A stretch of DNA of 45,603 bases from IMG/VR virus record IMGVR_UViG_3300032373_001135, positions 1-45,603 of that record; one strand, 5' to 3'. The position numbers and the translations under genes are program-made. This document shows, piece after piece, positions 18,551 to 26,476 of this stretch; position 1 is the first letter of the stretch, and each line of letters opens with the position of its first letter. The notes below the pieces were generated by a model. The model was given only the letters and a program-made list of their open reading frames with translations. It was not told where the DNA came from and did not search any database. The stretch comes from a virus. Lineage: Duplodnaviria; Caudoviricetes.

Positions 18551-19731
18551 GCCGCCACCTCATCCATCGGCCAGCAATTCAGCCGCGAGAGTTCGCAGCG
18601 CATGCGCCGCAACCAAGGGGACCACGCCGTTGCCACAGAGGCGAAGCCTGTCCACCCGGTGGGCCAGCCCATCAGCGCCTCGACGAACAGCGGGTTCAAG
18701 GTCCGGCGCACATCGGAGGTACTGCTCCCAGCCATCTGCGTCGCCAGGACCTGGCGGCCAAGCAGCCCGTTCACCGGCGTGTTCGCCAGTGTCGTCGCCC
18801 CATCCTTGTGATCCCGCGCCGTCGGCGTCATCCACATGCGGCTGGCATGGGTCAGATCCGCTGTCTTGCGGTTGCCCGCGCTCGGTTTGCAGCCATCGTT
18901 CGCCATCGGCGTCGGCCAGTCCCGCGCCATGCCGTCCAGACCCTTCTCGTGTTTCCGCGCGCCACCACGGCTCCGAAAGCTGTCGGTCTGCGGCGTCGGC
19001 CACATCACAGCGCTCGTCGCGAGGTTCATCCCGTGTTTGCCCGCTTCCTGCGAAGGCGTCGGTTTTGTTTGCCGGTTCTCGTTGGCACTGGCCCGGGGCG
19101 TCGGCCAGAGGCGCAGCATCTCGGTCCAGTGCCCGCCACTCGATCGGGTTCCAGAGCAGGCGCGCGGGGTCGGCCAACGCGTCGCCATCGCGGGTGGCGA
19201 GGATGAACAGCCGTTCCCGCTTGTGCGGCGCACCGACTTCCGCCGCTGTAAAGAGGCCTGCCGCAAGGCGGTAGCCCATGCCGACCAGTTCTGCGGCGAC
19301 TTCGGGGAAGCCGAGGCGGAGATGATGGGCGACATTCTCGAGGAAGACCAAGGGTGGTTCGACCTCGCGGATGATGCGGGCGACATGCGGCCAGAGGTGG
19401 CGCGGGTCCTCCGCGCCCCGTCGCTTGCCCGCGACGCTGAATGGCTGGCACGGATAGCCCGCAGTGACGATGTCCACCGCGCCGCGCCACGGGCGGCCGT
19501 CGAAGCTGGCAACGTCGTCCCAGACAGGCGCTGGATCCATGGCCGCCTCTTCCATCCGCGCCACGAGAATGGCCGCGGCGTAGGTTTCCCGTTCGACATG
19601 GCCCACAGTTCGATATCCGGGCATGGCAATGGTGAGCCCGAGGTCGATACCTCCGGCACCGGAGCAGAGCGAGAGGCCAAACAGGTCTGCGGCTCCGGAA
19701 GCGCCTCCGGAGGGATGTAAAGCCACGTCAT
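18547..19731 (-). CDS. Putative beta subunit of the C5 methyltransferase (TRD plus motif IX), encoded in an overlapping frame
   Basis: 394-codon open frame inside the MTase gene; five W(P/M)TP repeats; motif IX-like RTLNPLFVEALMGWPTGWT; stop is ATGA-coupled to the next gene. Confidence 0.7.
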   Translation of the reverse strand: MTWLYIPPEALPEPQTCLASRSAPVPEVSTSGSPLPCPDIELWAMSNGKPTPRPFSWRGWKRRPWIQRLSGTTLPASTAARGAARWTSSLRAIRASHSASRASDGARRTRATSGRMSPASSARSNHPWSSSRMSPIISASASPKSPQNWSAWATALRQASLQRRKSVRRTSGNGCSSSPPAMATRWPTPRACSGTRSSGGHWTEMLRLWPTPRASANENRQTKPTPSQEAGKHGMNLATSAVMWPTPQTDSFRSRGGARKHEKGLDGMARDWPTPMANDGCKPSAGNRKTADLTHASRMWMTPTARDHKDGATTLANTPVNGLLGRQVLATQMAGSSTSDVRRTLNPLFVEALMGWPTGWTGFASVATAWSPWLRRMRCELSRLNCWPMDEVAA

Positions 19732-19735
19732 GCAT
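18560..19735 (-). CDS. DNA (cytosine-5) methyltransferase, catalytic (alpha) chain
   Basis: Motif I LCSGAGG, IV GYPCQPFS, VI LENV, VIII HKRERLF, X CGNGVVP; no motif IX in this frame; likely ATG at 19735. Confidence 0.88.
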   Translation of the reverse strand: MHDVALHPSGGASGAADLFGLSLCSGAGGIDLGLTIAMPGYRTVGHVERETYAAAILVARMEEAAMDPAPVWDDVASFDGRPWRGAVDIVTAGYPCQPFSVAGKRRGAEDPRHLWPHVARIIREVEPPLVFLENVAHHLRLGFPEVAAELVGMGYRLAAGLFTAAEVGAPHKRERLFILATRDGDALADPARLLWNPIEWRALDRDAAPLADAPGQCQREPANKTDAFAGSGQTRDEPRDERCDVADAADRQLSEPWWRAETREGSGRHGAGLADADGERWLQTERGQPQDSGSDPCQPHVDDADGAGSQGWGDDTGEHAGERAAWPPGPGDADGWEQYLRCAPDLEPAVRRGADGLAHRVDRLRLCGNGVVPLVAAHALRTLAAELLADG

Positions 19736-19739
19736 CGCC

Positions 19740-20993
19740 TCAGCGTGGATTGGCCGTGAGATCGGCGAAGCTCTCACCGGTCCCGTCCAGCACGGCCGAC
19801 TGGCCGGTGAACTGCTGCCACCTCTGAATGGCGACATCGACATAGGCCGGGTTCAGTTCGACCCCGAGGCAGACGCGGCCCGTGGTTTCCGCCGCGATCA
19901 GAGTGGTGCCCGATCCCATGAAGGGCTCGTAGACCGCCTGGCCCGGGCTGGAATTGTTGAGGATCGGTCGGCGCATGCATTCGACGGGCTTCTGGGTCCC
20001 ATGCACGGTTTCCGCGTCCTGATCCTTGTTCGCGATCTGCCAGAGCGTCGTCTGCTTGCGGTCGCCGGCCCAATGGCCCTTGCCGGTTTTCTTCACGGCG
20101 TAGAGGCAGGGTTCGTGCTGCCAGTGGTAATCGCCACGGCTCAGCACCAAGCGATCCTTGGCCCAGATGATCTGGGATCGGATGTTGAATCCGGAGGCCT
20201 CAAGGCTGTCTGCGACAGTGGTCGCATGCAGCGCACCGTGCCAGACATAGGCTACGTCGCCCGGGAACAGCGCCCAGGCCTCGCGCCAGTCTGCGCGGTC
20301 ATCGTTCAGCACCTTGCCCGTGCGCTTGGTCGCGGCTGCCCCTGCTTTGTTGCGCCAGCCGGGATCGTATTCGACGCCATAGGGCGGATCGGTCACCATC
20401 AGGAGCGGCTGCACATCACCCAGCAGACGCTCGACATCGGTGGCAACGGTCGCGTCACCGCAGAGCAACCGATGCTTGCCCAGCACCCAGAGATCGCCGG
20501 GACGACTGATTGGCGTTTCGGGGGCCTCCGGAACATCGTCTTCACCCTCGCGGGATGCAGTTTCCGGATCGACCTCTCCGGCCAACAACGCCTCGAGTTC
20601 AGCGTCGTCGAACCCGATGAGCGACAGGTTGTAATCCTCGGCCAGCAGGTCGTTCAGTTCCGCCGAGAGCAGCGCCTCATCCCAGGTCCCGAGTTCCGTA
20701 AGCTTATTGTCCGCGATCCGGTAAGCCCGGCGCTGTGCCTCGGTCAGATGTCCCAGCACGATCACTGGGGCCTCGGTCAGCCCGAGCTGCGTCGCCGCCA
20801 GGACCCGACCATGGCCCGCGATCAGTTCTCCGTCATCGGCGACGAGGCACGGCACGGTCCAGCCGAACTCCGCCATGCTGGCGGCGATCTTCGCGACCTG
20901 GTCTGCGCCATGCGCCTTAGCGTTTTTCGCATAAGGCTGGAGCTTGGCCAGCGGCCAGGTCTCAATCGCGTCCGGGGCAAAGCTCAGCGTCAT
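19740..20993 (-). CDS. ParB-like domain fused to an N6-adenine/N4-cytosine DNA methyltransferase (beta class)
   Basis: N-terminal LQPYAKNAKAH...FGWTVP...IAGHGR; TDPPY; HGTQKP; EPFMGSGTT. Confidence 0.9.
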   Translation of the reverse strand: MTLSFAPDAIETWPLAKLQPYAKNAKAHGADQVAKIAASMAEFGWTVPCLVADDGELIAGHGRVLAATQLGLTEAPVIVLGHLTEAQRRAYRIADNKLTELGTWDEALLSAELNDLLAEDYNLSLIGFDDAELEALLAGEVDPETASREGEDDVPEAPETPISRPGDLWVLGKHRLLCGDATVATDVERLLGDVQPLLMVTDPPYGVEYDPGWRNKAGAAATKRTGKVLNDDRADWREAWALFPGDVAYVWHGALHATTVADSLEASGFNIRSQIIWAKDRLVLSRGDYHWQHEPCLYAVKKTGKGHWAGDRKQTTLWQIANKDQDAETVHGTQKPVECMRRPILNNSSPGQAVYEPFMGSGTTLIAAETTGRVCLGVELNPAYVDVAIQRWQQFTGQSAVLDGTGESFADLTANPR

Positions 20994-21016
20994 GATGTCG
21001 GTTCGCCTCAATGGGG

Positions 21017-21285
21017 TGGACCCCTGGACTCAGGACTCCGGCAGCCAGCCTGGACTCCGCAAAGGGTCCAGCGGCCACCGGACGTGTCCGGTTCCAAGAG
21101 TTTGTTTTGTTGTGGTTTTCAGCAGATCGCGGGTGGATGCCCGCTGGGGTGGCTTCCCAAAAAATCGACCCTGACGCTGGCGATATTGCGCGCTTCGCCC
21201 GCCCGTATACGTTTGAGGCCAGGAAGGACCCGTAAAGTCAGTGGGTTAGACGCCTGGACCCCAGATGGACCCTTGGTTGGACCCC
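21017..21285. repeat. Cluster of TGGACYC repeats flanking the cos site (candidate terminase-binding sites)
   Basis: TGGAC(C/T)C at 21017, 21025, 21051, 21255, 21266 and 21278; a variant at 21032; an inverted copy at 21064. Confidence 0.55.
21189..21236 (-). other. Lambda-like cos site (cosQ plus cosN)
   Basis: Minus strand reads TTTAC-GGGTCCT-TCC...TATAC-GGGCGGGCGAAG-CGCG, compared with lambda TTTAC-GGGTCCT-TTCC...TTACG-GGGCGGCGACCT-CGCG (recalled). Confidence 0.75.
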
Positions 21286-21394
21286 GGAAGCCAGCGGTGC
21301 GGGCTGTCCCGCACGCGCCTCTCCCGAGCATATCTAATTTGTAGCCTCATTCTCGAAATGTGTAAGGCCCTGCGATGTACACCGGAAAAATTCC

Positions 21395-21841
21395 TCACAG
21401 GACGATTGTTCTTGACAGGCTGTTTGCGTTTTCGATCACGAACCGCTGCGAACGTCGGGCCGGAGGCAGGCGGCCATGGAGACGCCAGGTGATCACCGCG
21501 AGCCCGAACTGCCAGCGTTTGGTCGCCGCTGTCCGGCTCAGTCCCATCTCCCAGCAGATCGGTTTCCACGGCGTGCGTTCGGCACGCAGCCAGACGATCC
21601 GGGCATCATCCCGTTCCAGCCAGCGCAGCCAGAGCAATGCCTCCTCGGCTTCGGTGATCTGTCGCGGACCCGGCCGGGGGCGACGCATCTGGGGCTCCTG
21701 ACCAACCTTGTCCGCGAAGCTGTGGAAATACTCGGGCCATGCGTTGAAGAAGCCCTGCGGCATGACGCCGGGCAAGTTGCGGAAGACGTCGGCCGCGCTC
21801 TCCAGCCGGTCCTCCACACGTGTGGTCGTCCAATCACCCAT
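21395..21841 (-). CDS. DUF6362-like HTH protein, probable late-gene activator
   Basis: WL.WL...DARIVWLRA...PWK.IC..MGLSRTAA.KRW; last gene before cos and the late operon. Confidence 0.7.
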   Translation of the reverse strand: MGDWTTTRVEDRLESAADVFRNLPGVMPQGFFNAWPEYFHSFADKVGQEPQMRRPRPGPRQITEAEEALLWLRWLERDDARIVWLRAERTPWKPICWEMGLSRTAATKRWQFGLAVITWRLHGRLPPARRSQRFVIENANSLSRTIVL

Positions 21842-22037
21842 GACGTGCCTCCCGTTCCAGTTTGCCATAAAGGCGCTCACCAAGCTGGCGCACCAGTTCG
21901 CGCTCGGGCCAGGTCAGCCGGTCATCGTCAATGGCGACGGCCAGCAGCCCCTGTTCTTTCCAGCCGTCCCGTTTGACCTCGTCGGGCTGGCGGCGATGGC
22001 CGCCATAACCCTTGGGCGTGAAGCGCATTCCGGTCAT
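21834..22037 (-). CDS. Small conserved phage protein
   Basis: PKGYGG.RR.PDEVKRDGW.EQG.LAV..DD.RL.WPERELV; overlaps both neighbouring genes. Confidence 0.7.
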   Translation of the reverse strand: MTGMRFTPKGYGGHRRQPDEVKRDGWKEQGLLAVAIDDDRLTWPERELVRQLGERLYGKLEREARHG

Positions 22038-22570
22038 TGCGCACCTCCGTGGGTTTCCATGGCCCAAAGCAGGATCGCGATGGCATCGGCCTCATTGTCA
22101 TCAGCCGGGCTGAACCCGCGCGCCCGGGCGGCGGCGATCATGGCGTCCTTGTTTGCGTTGCCCTTGCCGGTGGCGTGACGCTTGATGGTGCCGACAGGAA
22201 CGCCCTGGTAAGGGACGCCGCGCAACTCGGCCCATGCCGTCAGCGTGGCCATCAGGCCCCCATAGACGTGGGCCGCGTCAGTGCCCGCGTGGCGACGGAC
22301 CTCCTCGAACCAAATGGCAGCGATAGGCCCGGACAACCGCTCCAACTCTCCCAGCCAGTTCGTGAAACGCAGGTATCGCATCCCACCGCCATCGAACCGT
22401 CCATTGCGGAACGATGCTGTGCCGCTGGTAATCAGCCCGTCAGCGCCATGCAGCGCCCAGCCCGTGGTTGTGCCAAGATCGAGCGCCAGCAATGTGCGCT
22501 GGCCGGTAAACGCGGGCGGCACATTTCGGACGGCGTTCTGATTGGGGTTGGTCATGGTCTGGTCCGCCAT
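22034..22570 (-). CDS. RuvC-like Holliday junction resolvase
   Basis: LALDLGTTTGWA, FEEV, IKRHATGKGNA.K, DDNEADA; AGGAG RBS before ATG 22570. Confidence 0.85.
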   Translation of the reverse strand: MADQTMTNPNQNAVRNVPPAFTGQRTLLALDLGTTTGWALHGADGLITSGTASFRNGRFDGGGMRYLRFTNWLGELERLSGPIAAIWFEEVRRHAGTDAAHVYGGLMATLTAWAELRGVPYQGVPVGTIKRHATGKGNANKDAMIAAARARGFSPADDNEADAIAILLWAMETHGGAQ

Positions 22571-22641
22571 GGGCTTTCTCCTTTTGTGATTGGCTGCTCG
22601 AGGGGTGGAACGGGTCAGACTGCGACCCGCGAAATTGCCCA

Positions 22642-22910
22642 GGGGTAGGTGGTGGCTCTCCCCGCCTGTAGCGGGGAGAACACCTACCCCTTTAGGGGGG
22701 ACTTTTCTGAAATCTGAAATCTGGCATAGGGCACTGATTTTGTTAGACAAATCCAGATTGCGGAGCAGATTTCGGAAACCCCCTTCCAAAATCTGGAAAG
22801 GACCTTCCAAGTCGCTGAAACCAAATGGTAAAAGCCAGATTCCAGATTTCGCCAGGATTTCAGATTTTGCAAAATCTGGCCAGATTTCAGACTTTTGCAC
22901 CCAGATTTCG
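22642..22910. repeat. Putative replication origin: hairpin plus iteron array
   Basis: About 11 CAGATT/AATCTG cores in both orientations at 22710-22908; nested inverted repeat at 22642-22690; immediately downstream of the primase-helicase gene. Confidence 0.65.
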
Positions 22911-22932
22911 GAAGGCAAAACGGCGTGTTTCA

Positions 22933-25308
22933 TCATGCGTCCTCCACCTCGCGATAGACCCAGACAGACGGGTTTTCGACGGGCAGAACGGCACCGGTCT
23001 GTGGGCATTTGTAGTGGCTGGGCAGGACATCGATCAGCTCCGGTGTGACCTCTCCGGTGCCTGAATCGACACGCTCCCTGCTGGTTGCAAGACGCATGGT
23101 CTCGACGCAGAGATAGCCATATTTGCTCCGCTCGGTCGCCAGATCCAGCGCAGTCGCAGCGGCCCCGCGGACGAACTTCACGTAGCCTTTCGTGGTCAGC
23201 ACGTTCAGCCGTTCGCGGATGATCGATTGCCCGCCAAGACCCCCGGTGTTCTCGAAGGTCTCCGCGAAATGGGTCATCGTGTACATTCGACCCTGAAGGG
23301 CCTCTTCGTACAGCAGGCCGCAGATCACCTCGCCCTTGCGATCCCGCTCCGCATCGTGCTTCGCGCCGACGTCCTGGCGCACCAGACGCTCGTTCATTGG
23401 GTTGATCTCGACCCATTGGCCGCCGACCTTGTCGATCACCTTTGGCGGCAACGCGGGGCCATTGCGCAGCTCGATCTCCAGCTTTCGTTGCGAGCAATCC
23501 TCGTCCGGGCGGTGCAGGATCAGGCCGGAGGTGTAGAAGCCGCGCAGCGCGCTGGCGCCGGAGAGCGCGAGGAAGGGATCGTCCTTCACCTGCTGCTTGC
23601 TGAGCTTCTTGGTGTGATGGATCAGGATAACCCCGCAGTCGGGGTCGATATGGTCACGCAGCACCTCCACCCGTTCCTTCAGGAAGAACATCATGGCGGT
23701 GTTGTCGTTCTCGCCGCCGCCGTCGGGCCCGCCGTCGAACAGGTTGCGGATCGGGTCGACGCATAAGATGTCCGACGGGGCCTCCGGAAACGCCGCCTGA
23801 ACGGCGCGCGCGACCCGCACGCTGCCCTCGTTGTCGAGCAGCATCTTGAGCTTCGGCGTCGCAACGAACGTGTCGCGGGCGGCGGCCAGCACGTCGGGCG
23901 GCAGAGCGATCTGCTTCAGCCGTTCGCGCAGGTAGTGATACTGGATCTCGGCCTGCAGATAGAAAATGCGCAGCGGGCGTGGTGGCGTGAAGCCGAGGAA
24001 CGGCACGCCAGCCGCCATGTGAACGAGCCAGGAGATCAGCAGGTCGCTTTTGCCAACCTTCGGCGCGCCACCCAGCACCAGCAGCCCGCCCGGCGTCAGC
24101 ACGCGCGGCGCAATGATGTCCTGCGGCATGGGGCTTTGGTCATCCAGCAGCGCGCCCAGCGTGAAGGCGGGCATCTCCTGCGGCCCCGGTGCGCCGGAAT
24201 TCAGTCGGATCAGCGGCGGTCCATATTTCTCGACATGCCGGTCCCAGAGCCGCTCAGACTCGCGCTTGAGCCGCTCGACCGGCCACTGCGGCCGCAGCAT
24301 CGCGGCGTTGTAGCCGCAGATGCCTTCCCAGCCCTCATCTTTTGTCATCCGGCCCTCGTGGACCATGCGGATGAAATGCCCGATCGCGGCGGATGCGCCC
24401 TCGAAACGGGACCAATCGTCCTGCGCCCCCTCTCGCACCGGGGTCACCAGCACATCGTCCATGGCGGGTTTGTCAGGATGACTGAACTCGGGCTGCAGCG
24501 ACACGCCTGGTGCAGGCGGCATGTCGGTCACGGCCTCGATGAACTCGGCCAGATCGCGGTCGCGGTCGGCGTTCAACTCGACGATCCGCACCTGCGTTTT
24601 CAGGCTGTTCTTGTAATAGACCGAACCCGCCACACGGATCGGCTGATGCGCCGAGCGAAAATGCATGTCGCCGCCGACCTTGGCCGCGATGTCGCCGCGC
24701 AGACGGCAGACACGGGCAATATCATCGCCCTCGGCGGGCTCTGTCAGCGCCCACCAGACGTGGCACTTGCGTTGACCCTCCGGCGTCACGCCACCGCTCT
24801 CCACCACCATGCTGGGCGCGCCGAGGTGGCGCTCGAGGTGCGCGCGCTTGGCGGCAATGTCGCCGGTGTCGAGATCGACAACCACGGTCTGCATCTGCAG
24901 GATTTCGGCGGCTTTGGCCTGACCGGGTGCGGCCACGGTGCCAGGGATCACGTAGACAGCTGCGCCCTCACGCGAGGCCCAAATGGCGAAGGTCGCCATC
25001 TTCTCCGGCGTCCCTTCGTCAGCCTCCAGCCAGATGTTATGCGGGCGGCCATCGATGCCCTGACCCTTGTCGATGAAGCTGCGGACCGGGATCAGCCCGT
25101 CGCAATAGCCAAAGACGACCTGCATAAATTGCGCGATCTGCTCGGGATCGGGCTCATCGCCAAATGGGTCGGTTTGTGGGGCGGCGTCGTTGAAATCCCG
25201 CCATGGGTTGAAATGGACGATGTTTTCCTTCGGTGTTTCTGGCGTTGTGTCGTCGCGCATGGGTGTGTCCTGGTCGGGATCTGATGGATCGTTGGGGTCG
25301 TCGGTCAT
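22933..25308 (-). CDS. Primase-helicase (AEP/RepB-type primase plus AAA_25 RepA-like helicase)
   Basis: VVVDLD and KCHVWW primase motifs; Walker A GAPKVGKS; LCVDP; IHHTKK; GASALRG. Confidence 0.85.
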   Translation of the reverse strand: MTDDPNDPSDPDQDTPMRDDTTPETPKENIVHFNPWRDFNDAAPQTDPFGDEPDPEQIAQFMQVVFGYCDGLIPVRSFIDKGQGIDGRPHNIWLEADEGTPEKMATFAIWASREGAAVYVIPGTVAAPGQAKAAEILQMQTVVVDLDTGDIAAKRAHLERHLGAPSMVVESGGVTPEGQRKCHVWWALTEPAEGDDIARVCRLRGDIAAKVGGDMHFRSAHQPIRVAGSVYYKNSLKTQVRIVELNADRDRDLAEFIEAVTDMPPAPGVSLQPEFSHPDKPAMDDVLVTPVREGAQDDWSRFEGASAAIGHFIRMVHEGRMTKDEGWEGICGYNAAMLRPQWPVERLKRESERLWDRHVEKYGPPLIRLNSGAPGPQEMPAFTLGALLDDQSPMPQDIIAPRVLTPGGLLVLGGAPKVGKSDLLISWLVHMAAGVPFLGFTPPRPLRIFYLQAEIQYHYLRERLKQIALPPDVLAAARDTFVATPKLKMLLDNEGSVRVARAVQAAFPEAPSDILCVDPIRNLFDGGPDGGGENDNTAMMFFLKERVEVLRDHIDPDCGVILIHHTKKLSKQQVKDDPFLALSGASALRGFYTSGLILHRPDEDCSQRKLEIELRNGPALPPKVIDKVGGQWVEINPMNERLVRQDVGAKHDAERDRKGEVICGLLYEEALQGRMYTMTHFAETFENTGGLGGQSIIRERLNVLTTKGYVKFVRGAAATALDLATERSKYGYLCVETMRLATSRERVDSGTGEVTPELIDVLPSHYKCPQTGAVLPVENPSVWVYREVEDA

Positions 25309-26063
25309 GTGGCCAGCTCCCAGCACCGCTCGGCACGGGCGCAGAACCTGCATTCGAAGAAATCCCGGTTGGCGGCGATGCGCGGCAGCAACTCGCCCGC
25401 GTCGGTGGCCTGAAGGATCCGCACCGCACGGTCGGACATGCGTTGCGCCACGTCGGCGTCGAAGGGGACGAGCTCATGATGAAGCTCGGCCGTGTCCTTG
25501 TTGATGGCGGTGAACAGCGCCGGTGCGGCGAAAATCCCCGGCACCGAAGGCTCCATATAGGCCTGGTAGATCGCGATCTGGGCGGCATAAACGGGCTTGG
25601 AGACCGCCACACCGTCCTTGACGCAGGCGCGCCAGTTCTTGGCGTTCATGGTCTTGCATTCCCACAGCGCGGGCACGCGCATGCCAACCGCCGCCGGAGC
25701 ATCAGCGATGATCCCGTCGACATGGCCCCGGATACGACCTCCCGCGACGGAGAAGCCGAACTGGCCGCCATCCCGCTTTTGGGTGACCAGATCGATTCCG
25801 GCCGCACGCAGCCAGCGGATCGCCAGATCCTCAAGCTGATGACCGATGGCGAAGATCCGCAGCGTCTGGCCGCCAAAATCGGAACCATCATCCTTCGGCG
25901 CACCGGCAAACTCGAACTGCAGCGCACGTTCGCATGGATGCCCGAGGCGAGATGCGCCGAGATAGGTCCGGGGCGGCGTGGCCTCGCGTTCGGCTATGAG
26001 GGCTGCGTCGACCAGCGCGTTGATCCGCTCGGCCGTGGAGGGTCGGTGATTGAAGTCCAGCAT
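25305..26063 (-). CDS. Cas4-like PD-(D/E)XK exonuclease
   Basis: YLGASRLGHPCER, GHVDGII, WECKT, Q...Y, C..C.....C. Confidence 0.8.
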   Translation of the reverse strand: MLDFNHRPSTAERINALVDAALIAEREATPPRTYLGASRLGHPCERALQFEFAGAPKDDGSDFGGQTLRIFAIGHQLEDLAIRWLRAAGIDLVTQKRDGGQFGFSVAGGRIRGHVDGIIADAPAAVGMRVPALWECKTMNAKNWRACVKDGVAVSKPVYAAQIAIYQAYMEPSVPGIFAAPALFTAINKDTAELHHELVPFDADVAQRMSDRAVRILQATDAGELLPRIAANRDFFECRFCARAERCWELAT

Positions 26064-26473
26064 CAGAACGGCACCTCCTGTGTCTGAGCCCGCGCGATGT
26101 CGGACATGGCCTCGCGGAAACCTTCGACAGCCTCCTCGATCAGGGCGCGCACCTGCGCCTCGGTCAGATCGGCGAAGGCTGTTTGCCAGCCGATCTCGTC
26201 CATAAGCAGTGCGACACGTTTCATGGTGGAGGTGACAGCGGCGCGTTCTTCTTCAGTCAGATCAACCATTGCAAAACGCTCCCGCGCCAAACGCGTCCAG
26301 AAAGCCTGGCACGGCATCGAGCAGAACCAGACCGATGGCCGGGGCCGCGTCGACCGGACCGGATCGCGCCAGCCAAAACCACGCGTGGGTTGCCGGCAGA
26401 CAGCACAGAGCGTTCCACGTGGATGCCAGAGACGCCGCCGGTCCTCGGCCGTGATGGGGACTGAAGATTTCAT
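26063..26473 (-). CDS. DUF6511-like protein with N-terminal Cys cluster
   Basis: CAVC...FCSMPC, then MVDLTEEE...EIGW; start uncertain. Confidence 0.6.
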   Translation of the reverse strand: MKSSVPITAEDRRRLWHPRGTLCAVCRQPTRGFGWRDPVRSTRPRPSVWFCSMPCQAFWTRLARERFAMVDLTEEERAAVTSTMKRVALLMDEIGWQTAFADLTEAQVRALIEEAVEGFREAMSDIARAQTQEVPF

Positions 26474-26476
26474 GGG

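Noticed and set aside
22700-22910. Repeat arrays as CRISPR; Cas4-like gene as part of a cas locus
   Set aside because: Repeats are 6-8 bp with irregular spacing and no spacers. Solo Cas4-like nucleases are common in phage replication modules.
22571-23497. N-terminal 309 codons of the 487-aa ORF 22034..23497
   Set aside because: Overlaps the primase gene and the iteron array. The RuvC-like gene has its own RBS and ATG at 22570.
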